A stretch of DNA of 46,848 nucleotides from Ginkgo biloba (lineage: Eukaryota > Plantae > Ginkgophyta), in contig JANKJI020000001.1 in the NCBI GenBank assembly GCA_024626585.2, forward strand, positions 15,363,639 to 15,410,486, written 5' to 3'. The notes under the pieces are model-generated. The model saw only the letters and a program-made list of their open reading frames with translations. It had not been told where the DNA came from and did not search any database. A program made the translations under genes and the position numbers. Below, piece after piece: positions 36,200 to 46,848 of the stretch; position 1 is the first letter of the stretch; each line of letters opens with the position of its first letter.

Positions 36200-39100
36200 T
36201 ACTCCTTTTTTCTATATATGTCATCATGAATGAGAAATAAACCATTTTAATTTACTCTATACTTTCATTGTAAATAATGGCGAATTAATTTTTAATATAT
36301 TTTCTATTCTTTTGAAATAAGGGAACCACCCTACAAGCCAAAGAGAATTTGATCGATGTTTTTGTGGTGTGATAGCGCCTTTCTCTATGTTTTAGACCAA
36401 ATCCTTATTTGCTATTCAATACATATACCAACTTATATATCAACATCATGATTTATTGAATATATACTTAAATTCTTAACTTGATGATTAAGTATTAAGT
36501 ATCATAAACATAAAGATCATTTTGACATTTTATGTATCATATTTAAACATTATTGTATGTATAACATTAGTCTTAATCCAAATAAATTGTCTTGGGTGTT
36601 TATTCTGGATGACTTCTAGGATACATTATTTTTTACTTAGAAATATATGTAGATTCCATTAAAATTATAGATATTTTAGACATTCCTCCACTAAAAAACT
36701 TGACAAAAATCAAATCCTTCCTTGGTAAGTTTTGGATATATGAGGATATTCATATAATATTTTTCCAAGATTTCTACCCACTTACATCATTTGACCAAAT
36801 AAAATACCCCTTTTCAATAGGATTCCATACTCTAATAATATTTATATGACCTCAAAAGGTCCTTATTATCCACTCCAATTATGGTGCCATATTAGTTGGC
36901 CATATAGTTTATATTCCATATTCTATGTTCTCAATAATGGGGTCCTTCTACAAGAGGATACTTCTTGAATTGAACTTGCTATTTATTACACAAGTAAAAA
37001 CTTGGTCATATATATGCTTAATTATATTAAGATTGATCATATATTCCTTACAATTATGTAGGTAATTAAGATACTAAGATATTATTTATTTCACATTTAA
37101 AATAAGGTTATGATCCCATCAAATCCTTGCAAGTATCTCTTTGATAAAATATCCTTGTTAGAACATTTTGATCATTGGATCATTCTTTTTTAATATTTTA
37201 AAATTGATTTCATTCATCTAAAAACTAAGGATATGAGTATTTATAAATTTATTACTCAATTTCCTTCTTCTTCACAAGCTCATGTTCCAATAGTCAATAC
37301 ATATTTCCTAAATGATACCTTGTTCCTAATTTTAGACAATGATGAATGGAATGGGTATGTTATTAATTAATTAATATATTAATCATATGCTCCACATTTA
37401 AATAAATGTCAATATTATAAAATTTGTATACAATCCCCCTTCTTTTCTATTTTGGATGCTACTTTATACAATTTATTAAGTTTTATTTGTCACTATCATT
37501 AGATCTTTTTCTTAGATATTTTTTGTATTCTTTGGGGAAAAATCACTATAGAATTCCACTTGTTTTGGTATCAATTAGTGACCGATAGAGGTTAGAAAGG
37601 TATATGATTTTTGGATTCTCTTTAGATTTTTTTGGGTCATGATATAGGTTACTTGCAAGATAGGTATATGTAAGGTGGCATCAATTTAAGACATAAGTCA
37701 CTTGCACTTCAAATTCAAGTGGAGTTGTGGCGATCACAAGAAAAGGTTACTTACATCTTGAATGTAAGTAAGTAATTGTTTACACTACTCATATAAGTGG
37801 TAATGAATAGAGATATTAAGTATTGTATGGTTTCAAGGATGTACCTACAACATTAAGAGGAGTTGGACATGAGGGCCAAAGTAGTTAAACATAATATTGA
37901 TGTTGTAATGGTTATTTGTAGTCATTTTAAAGTATCATATTTTTTTATAATTAATGTAATTCATTCATATAAAATTGTATGTTCATATTGAATGAGATTA
38001 ATGGAATGAGGTTTTATTTTCACTAAAATTGTAGATGGATTTTTGTTAATTGATAGAATCCTACTTACATCCAAAGTAGGTGAACTATTATGGATGATAA
38101 ATCTCTTCATCTTCTTAGTTTATTATCTAATTAGTTATGGGGAAGGATTTTCAATTATTAGTAACTTACCTGGTGTATAAAAGACTTCTTTATGACTAAT
38201 TAAAATTGGATAATTTCTTTTCCTAGTGAGAGGATTGTGACTAGATTCTATAGGTGTTATAAACCATGAAGGAGTTGTATGGATAGTGCACCACACCAAC
38301 ATAGAGTTCTTAAAGGTTGTCTCATTTCTAACATAGGATTTATACTTTCATTTTTTATTTTCTTATTGTGGTTTATTTTCTACCATAGTTAGCTATATGA
38401 GTGATTTCTATTTTCTACGTCTAGTGGATTGGACATATAGTAGTTTCCTTTTACTAATTATTTGAAAAAGAGGAATATTATTATTGTCATACTTCTGGGG
38501 TGAGGAACTATGGATTTCATCTCCCATTTTTCATTTAAAATAGAATTATCCCTAGTTGATAATTAATGGTTGTTTAAAACTTAGTTAAAAAGATATTTAT
38601 ATATGGTATCCTACAATGTTATGTTATAAGAGAAGAGGATAAAATTATACTTAATGAGTGTCTTTCTGCAACCTATAGAGGTAATTTATCTATTATTACC
38701 ATTGTGTCCAAGATTATTAGAGTGGGTTACTTTTAGCCTACTCTTGTTAAGGATTTTCATGAATTGATCAAATGTTTCCCAAGATGTTAATAGTTTGTCT
38801 CTAGATAGTATGAACCTCCTATGCCACTTCAACCTATAGTTGTAGCCAATCCCTGTACCAAATGGGGGATCAATGTTTTTAGACCATTTGAACCTCCTAT
38901 GAGAATAAGATACCACTATATGATCACTATACTTAACTATTATACTAAGTAGGACAAGGCCATGCTTATCATAAAGGATAATGGGAAAATAATTGCAATG
39001 TTTACTTTCAACTAAATTATCACAAGATTTAGTATTCCACTGTCCATTGTATTATATCAATGTACTTATTTCATAAATGAGATGATGAAAGAAATTTTTA

Positions 39101-39710
39101 TGAAATGAGGAATTGATCATTTAAATATTACCTCTTATTATTTATAATATAATAGCCTAGTAAGATCATTTAATAATACATTAAATACTATTATAAAAGG
39201 AATAATTGATGACAACTATCAAGATTATCATATTAATATATATCCATCATTGTGGTCATATAAAACAACTACCAAGGTTGTCTTTTATTTTACATATTTT
39301 TTACTTGTGTATAGTCAGGAAGTTATTCTCCTAGTAGAGGCTTAGATTCTTTCATTAATAATAACTATCCATAATATGTTATATTAAATAGAATATTATG
39401 TTGTGTGACTTACCGAGTTAAAACAAATCGATTATATTCACCTTCATACATTTGAAAATATTTAAGCTCATGCTAAATGATCCAAAACCTCTTTTAATTG
39501 AAAGTTCATAACTTAAACATATGAAGAGGGTGACCTTGTATTATATCTTAATACAAAGAAATTAGATATTAGTAAGTTGAATTATCAATGGTTTGGACCC
39601 TTCATTACTTCCAAAGTATTATCCAAGGGTTCTTATAAATTGTCTTATATGGATGGTATAATATTTACTAATCCAACAAATGGGTCTTTTCTTAACCATT
39701 TTTATTCTTA
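36200..39710 (+). mobile_element. Decayed Ty3/gypsy (Tat/Athila-like) pol: RT-RNase H-integrase, interrupted at about 37,390-38,600
   Basis: ILDDF (~36,603), FLG, IYYTSK; integrase GYF*PTL, MPLQPIV..KWGINVFRPF (38,821-38,890), NYYTK*, TRFSIPLSIV, LWSYKTT, WFGPF (39,589), NGSFL. Confidence 0.85.
37648..38085. repeat. Second array of CACTTGCA-N7-TGCAAGTG-type palindromes
   Basis: Units at 37,648, 37,697 (GTCACTTGCA cttcaaa TTCAAGTGGA), 37,746 (GTTACTTACA tcttgaa TGTAAGTAAG) and 37,775; weaker units at 37,841 and 38,060. Confidence 0.75.
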
Positions 39711-40749
39711 AGCTTGTATATGGGTGAATCCACCTTGCTTTCCTTCTTTCTCTACATGGTAATTAATATTTTAAAATGGGGTATACTTGTTCATTTTCCA
39801 TGATATCAATATATAAAATGTGTAAGTTATCATAATATAAAATAATCATATAGTGATCAACAAAGGATGTCAATATCAATATATATACATCTATACAAAA
39901 TGAATCATTATGATAAAAATCCTTGATAATAAGTACTACTTATTTACCATATATCTATCTATCTATCTATATATATATATATATGATACATAATAAAGCA
40001 TCATCCACCTCTCAAGAATATACCTATACTAAGTAGGAGCCTCATAGATCTCTGAAATGATAAAGTAGATCTCCTCACTAGAGATTCATTTGGGAGAGGT
40101 AGATATTATATCTAGTGGGTACTAATATCCCTCTCTATTATCAAAATAAAGAGATCCATTTAGATCATCTTTTTATCCATTATATGTGTTTCATGAGCTT
40201 CATCCAAAATGGATCTATACTCATCATTCAATATCATAACTACTCTATCTACCTATAATTACTCCTTTGGACCTCCTCCTCCTCTTGGATAATGATATAT
40301 TACTCCTTCACCTCCTCCTACTCCTCTAGATACTTGTGGTAGTGGTTACTCTCCCTCATATTCTCCTTCATAGTTAAATATTAGTGTTAGTATCCACACA
40401 TGTGTATATACTAATTCGATGTCAAATGATAAAAGTACTAACATAAGTAGATTATACCTAATTAATAACTAAATTTTTTTGTAACCATATCCATGATAAC
40501 ATGTACCAATATAAGTACTAAATATTCTCTTTAGTATAGTCCCACGTATAGATAAGATACCATATCAAACCTCTATAGAGTAAAAAAATATAGTAATGGT
40601 GATACCAACTACACCTATAGTCTTGTGGGATACACCTAGTTATACTTGTTCCTCAATTTGTATCACCTCCTATAGTCCTATGGGATGTAATTAGTTATAC
40701 CTATGCATTGATACATATCACCTCCTATATATATATTTGATTCATGGTA

Positions 40750-41260
40750 TACATAACTAGTATTGGACCACCCTATGGTCAAAGATGTACATATATCTCA
40801 AATAGAAAGGCTTGTAGTATTGACACATACTAAAATGTAGTCCTCCTACTATATAAATAGAATGTATATAGTGCCTCAATTAAGGAATATAATAGAATAT
40901 TAGTGATATTAATATAATATTGAATCTATATATCCATTATAGATATAAATAACTTTAAGTGATAGTTTATAATCTATAGTGAAACCAATAATCCATTAAG
41001 TAATGATATAAGTAATAATCTAGAAACTCTCATTTTGAATGTATGGGATCAATATAGTATGATTCCATTAAGAAGTGGTTGGATATCCATACAATATCTA
41101 AGACCAATATACATGATATTAACCCCTTAGTGTATGCCCCTATAGTGGTACATACTCATCACTCTATGATAGTTTAGTGATTTAATGAATGTCCTCTCTC
41201 ATGATGGTGAGAATATGACCTCTAAAGTCAAATACATGATATTATAGATCCTACTAAATC
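40750..41260 (-). pseudogene. Plant mobile domain (PMD, PF10536)-like ORF remnant, antisense to the upstream pol
   Basis: VFDFRGHILTIMREDIH*ITKLS*S..VPL (41,235 to about 41,143) resembles the PMD motif F.h..GE.TITL.DV..I.GL...G..V. The rest is too decayed to confirm. Confidence 0.5.
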
Positions 41261-42808
41261 ATAGTAAAACTAATAATTTAATTATTTTCTCTTAATTAGG
41301 ATACTTAATAGAATTTAAGGAGTCGACATATCCTTAATATCTCTACTTTAATAGGATTGTGACCCCTTTCATTAATCGCAGGCCCCACTTTCTCTCTTTT
41401 AGTGATAACAAGATCATAAATCCATCCTACATGATCAAGAAGTAAAAAGAGGTTCGTTTGGTCAATTTATTAGTTTTGGTCTCATTCAATAAATACTACA
41501 CTTTTTTTTGGTCAACGCCATGTCTTTTCCTTAGATGCATTATGCCTTTTCATTAAATACACTATGCTTTTTCTATTTAAGGAAAAGAGGTAGTGCATCT
41601 TAAGGGAATCAATGTCACACTAGGGGAAACACATGAAACCAATGGAAATTCATGGTTCCATACAATTTACCCTTATTCTATAAAAAATTAAGTGTAGAAA
41701 TAAGCAAATAGTAAAATAGAGATGGCTTATAGGACCTACCTAAAGATATACACTTAAAACCTACTATAATTAAAGTTTTATGGAATATTAAAATATCTCC
41801 ACCAACTCTATATTAACATGTGGATATGGTACAAAATATTTTAAAAGTATAAAATTTTTATTTATAGTGGGACCCATTTTTTCTATAATGCAATTTTTGC
41901 ACAACATAAATTTCACACTAGATGTCTATTTTTCACAAAATTATAGTTGTTGGAACTATTTTTTTGAGAGGATTTTATATTTGTATATTTTATTAGCATT
42001 TGATAGAATTTAAAGATATATGTTAGTATTTTTATCATCTAAAGACTATCTTTTGGGAAAATTTTCCCTTATAAATCATAAGAACCTAAGGGAATTTACA
42101 TCATCACCTCTTTAGAATCCATAAGAACCTAAAGAGAGTCATTTTGTTGATCATTTTACTTTATTTTCCCATTATTTGATATAATAACCTAAGGGGCATA
42201 TACTCATTTGTCACATTATTTAGATATTACACCTCCTAAAAAAAGCCTCATAACTCTTTAGATTTCAGACTATATTTTGAGCTATGACATTTTGGGGGTA
42301 TCAACATGTGTGTATTTTAGATAATTTATATATTTTCTTAGGTACTTAAGTTCATCAAAACTCATTTCTAGTTTATATTTTCCTCCCCAAAGATCCATAT
42401 TCTAGCATACAAAGGCTTTAAGATGTCGATATTCACTTCATCATATAAAGATATTGACCCAACATTCAGTATTAGCACATATCTAATTAAGTTGTTATTT
42501 TATTCATAGGTATATAGTTGGGGAAATCTTTAATTATGCTTGTATCCTATGGTATAATATATATTATACTTTTATAATTGGTGGATGACTTTCTTATATT
42601 CTTAGCAAATTATTAGTAATTTAATATACATCTCAATAATAATTCCATGGTTCATAAAATTTCACTTCATGTTTAGATGATCATTACACATTTATATTCT
42701 TATGCATGTTTCAATGAGTCATCATAAATGATCATCATTTTCTATTATTTTTATGTTATGACATATCATTATGACATTTTAACATTTTATATTATACATT
42801 TTTACATT

Positions 42809-42832
42809 TATATATATATATATATATATATA
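42809..42832. repeat. (TA)12 microsatellite
   Basis: Direct reading. Confidence 0.9.
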
Positions 42833-45800
42833 CTTTTTATATCATCGTACCTATGAGGATGGAACTTGTCCATACTTATTGTAGGGGCCAATGCCCTGCT
42901 TGGGCCTCATGAGTGGAAGGTGAATTTCCATCTACAAGGAGGTGGTACTTTCATCTTATTGTTGGATGTATGACTTAGAATTTCTTATAGAATACACAAC
43001 TTGATTATTTCATGGATACTTGTCATGTCATGTGATAGAGGAGGAAGGCCTCTTATACCCTCCCTCCATTTATTATTATTTAAACTAAGGATGGATATAC
43101 ATATGGGAGCATTAAGAGGAGGTTATTTCCTTCTCTAGTTTCATATGCTCGCACATTTATGATCTTCATGTATAAATGTGTAAGAGTGACCTTTTTGGGG
43201 GGGAAGGATATTCATGTATGGATCATATTTTTAAAAATAAAAGGTGAGAGAGAAAGGACTCTAGTGGGAAGCTTTATGAAAATAATAAGGAGAGAATTTC
43301 TTACATATAAGAGAGTTTTCATATTATGGGGAGTTTTTGGGGGTTATTGTGAGAAGTTTTTCCATGTTTTGGAAATTTCTTTTATGAGGAAGAAGAGAGT
43401 GAGAGTCTTACACACATTATGCACCTTGGAGATGTGGCCACTTGGAAGAGTTTACCTTAAAACCTTAAAGAGATTCATGTGATGAAAGAATGGAGATCCT
43501 CAGAAGGATATGATAGTTATTATCTCTATTAAGAAATATAACTTCATACTTTCTTATCACTTNNNNNNNNNNNNNNNNNNNNNNNNNNNNNNNNNNNNNN
43601 NNNNNNNNNNNNNNNNNNNNNNNNNNNNNNNNNNNNNNNNNNNNNNNNNNNNNNNNNNNNNNTCAAGAATTAGGATGCAACCATGACTCAGAGTTTCAGC
43701 ATGAAAGCCTCAACTCTGAAATTACTATCAGAAAATGGAGAGAATAGATGTAACACAATAATATTGAATATTTCTGAATATATTTCTGAGCAAACCATAT
43801 ATATTAGTTTGGGTACAAAACATGCCATCCCCCTTGTTTATAGGAATTTTATTTTTGTCATTCTATTCATGTATTTATTATAATTTTATTCTTTTATTTA
43901 TTGATATCTCTTTCATTCATAATGCCTAAGGAAGAGGGGATTTTCCATCCCATGATGATGATGTTTCTACTATTTTTTATTCTATGTTTCCTTCTTAGGT
44001 CTTTGCAATCACTTCCAAAGTTGTAAACAGAGATGAGCCTTCTATGATCATATTTTCATCCTATTGTTCATTTATTTCCTAATTTCCTTTATGCTATGTT
44101 ATTAAAAAAATATTTGTTAGCCCCCTTATGGAGACTATCATGTGGTCTCATGCATCCCATATGAATTCACTCATTCACACTTGGCCCTTTTTCATATTAT
44201 TGATATTTCCTATAGTTGTTAAAATTTATTTGATAGTTTATTTTAAAAAATTAAAGTATAAATTAAAAGGGAGGATAAGGGTGGAAAATTCAAAATTTTA
44301 GAGAAGTGGGAGAAGAATAACAAGGGTGAAATAAGTGAGGATGGATGAGAATACAATAGAAGGAAGACAATAGATAGATTTGGTTATCCTAGTGATTCCT
44401 CTTAGTATGTATGTTCTCATTATTGTTATTTGGTCTAATATACATTAAAATTTTAGTTTTTCCATAGTTTTGTTTACTTAGGGAAGGAAAAATTAATAAT
44501 CTCCCTTTATTCCACTTATCTCCATTTGAATCTACATCAATATATTTATCCATCAATTGATTTTACATGATATTAGTGCTTCTCTTTACTAAGGTGTTCT
44601 AAATTTAACTTTTTTTCCTTGGTAAATGAAATCCCTATATTTTTGCATGTGGGGTACCTTGCTTTTCCATAGATCCATCAACCTCTCCTTCTCTATGATC
44701 TATTTTGATGCTTATAAACCCCATGGGCCACATATAACACCTGCACAATGTATGTCTCTCATTTTCTTTTCTATCCCAAGAGTTTTGTCTTAATTTTTTC
44801 TTCATGATCTTTTGACAATCTCTAAATTTTAAAATCTCAATATGTTCTTGATTTATGTGGTATATTTTATTTGGAACCAATGTTGAATTTGAATTCCTAC
44901 CATACATCATCTAAATGGATGTTGAAAAATAAGAAAAAAAAAGGAAAATCCCATTCATATAGTTGTTTTGTATCTTATTAGGGGAAACAACATATTTGGT
45001 CCATTTTTTCCTTAAAGTGTGTATGTCTCATGGTCTTCTTTTAGTATGATTTTTCATGATTTAAAATTTTGTAGTTGTGATTCTAAGGAGGTCTAAATTT
45101 TTAACTATTGTTCCACTTCCATGATTTAAAATATTTACATTTCCTTTTATAGTTCCCTTCAATATTTTATGTGTGGTTCTCTTTTTTCTTTTTTCTACAT
45201 GTAATATTGTTTGTTTTGTTTTCTAACTCTTGAGAGATTCAAACTATTCACCAAAAATGGATGAGTATTCCTACATCAATGTCTCTTTCTAACCCCTTGA
45301 GTTGTCACTATGACCACATTTCTTTTTCTTATTTTAGAGGCCAAATTATAATGGGTTGTTCAACTCTTTAGTTAGTGATTTCATTGATACTATTACTATG
45401 AAAACTATTGAGTATTTGTTCCCTAAGAAACACGGTGCCTCTACAAGCCTCCCTTCCTTTGGATATAACAATCACTTATCATTATAAGACTTTGCACTAT
45501 GACACCTTTACCCATGATCTAAGGGAAAAATTATTTTCCCCTAGGATGCATTGATGCCTCCATTCAAATGCTTCTTCCCTTATCCTTCCCTCTATACCTG
45601 TTGAATGATAAAGTATGACATTAGAATGTAATATAATGTAATGTCCTTAATATAATGTCACTTTATATTATTATGTAATGAGAAATTAGGAAAGAAGATG
45701 GTAGTTGAGTCGTTTAAACACTTTCATCACCTATAAGTTGTTGTACCTTCTTAGTGTTGGAGGTTTTATCAAAGTGTAGAAAAAGTGATTTGATCAAAAT

Positions 45801-46202
45801 CTAAGTGGATAATATCCTTATGTCAATTGTAGTCTCTCTATAATGATGAAATCTAGTTGCTTATGAAATTTTAGGACTTATCTATGTACAATTTTTAAGA
45901 AACTATACGTTGTGTTTATATGCAAACATCTATTGATTTCCATGTCAATGTGTGCTCTTTAGGTGTGCACAAGAATAGTATCATGATATTATGATGCATA
46001 AGAAAGGTATGGATAGAAAACTTGAGAATGTAAAATTCTTTGTCTGGAATAATGCACCACCTACACTAAGCCTAAGACCCATCACATACTTGCCCTACAA
46101 TACTATCATAATAACCTACAAAGATTCCTATATGATATTCAATGCTTTCAAGGAGTTACAACCCCTTTATTCATATCCCCCTCTTAGTAGGATGGCACAT
46201 CA

Positions 46203-46848
46203 ATTCCTTCCCCCTAAGGAAGTAATGGACCCTATTTCTTTGTCCATGAGATGGGATAAAGCCTTCCTCAATTTTTCCAAAGATATCCACTTTCCTTGGT
46301 GTGAGTATTGACCCTTCCTTCCAACAAATAATGAGTCTAAATAATATGATCCTTTCTTCTTATTATTATGCCAAAGATCTTGTCCTCATCTAATAAATGA
46401 ACAAAATTTAGTATGACTACATCTGGATGTTAAGGTGTCTCCTTAATATCCTCAAGGGTAGATCAAATAGCTTTAGTTTATCCAAATTAAACACAAAATG
46501 AAGTACCATATAAGGTGATAAGTCCAATTCATTATCCCCAAGATTCCTAGTGATGAGATACAATCCATAATGTAGAGGATTGATCTTCCTTTCATTCTCC
46601 TTGAATCTCTCCTTGGGTAGGTACAGACAACATAAAAATTATGATCCATACTATGTCGATCGATCATCTATTTATACTTCTTATGTTCCTTTTCTATAGC
46701 TTCATGAACCTACTTATATACTCACTAAATATGATAAATGAATTTCCAAGCTTGCGCATGCCCATGGTGCTCGGAAGTAGAAACTTAAGTGGTCAATGTC
46801 ATCAACTACAAATTAATCGGATATCTAGGTATAAATCCCATATAATCA
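46203..46848 (-). mobile_element. Gypsy integrase C-terminus, chromodomain-like tail and PPT; 3' LTR begins at 46,202 (TGATGTG) and runs leftwards
   Basis: KERFKENERKINPLHYGLYLITRNLGDNELDLSPYMVLHFVFNLDKLKLF (GPY/F module), then VGRKGQYSHQGKWISLEKLRKALSHL and PPT CCTTAGGGGGAAGGAAT. Confidence 0.85.

Overview
Eukaryotic nuclear DNA, most likely from a large, repeat-rich land-plant genome (inferred from plant-type Ty3/gypsy and Ty1/copia remnants, tRNA-iMet and tRNA-Asp primer-binding sites, and strong C-to-T decay). The scaffold has many N gaps, many of about 100 bases, so adjacency across gaps is uncertain. Most of the window is nested, decayed LTR-retrotransposon sequence. The main non-TE feature is a spliced minus-strand gene or pseudogene (about 28,320 to 26,001, truncated by a gap). 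It encodes about 9-11 ankyrin repeats joined through two phase-consistent GT-AG introns to the start of a KAP-family P-loop NTPase (DNLGRSDFANGLAALFLNPYVKSPIAVGILGEWGMGKSS), the KIDINS220/ARMS architecture. The two NTPase exons are missing from the ORF track. Other points: a TSD-flanked gag-protease-only LTR element (14,665-21,010) inserted into another gag; two arrays of palindromes with a fixed 7-nt spacer; a run of tRNA-Asp PBS-like motifs; two diverged copies each of two unidentified ORFs; a G-patch domain; and an antisense plant-mobile-domain-like fragment downstream of an integrase. All calls come from manual reading and translation; no searches were run.
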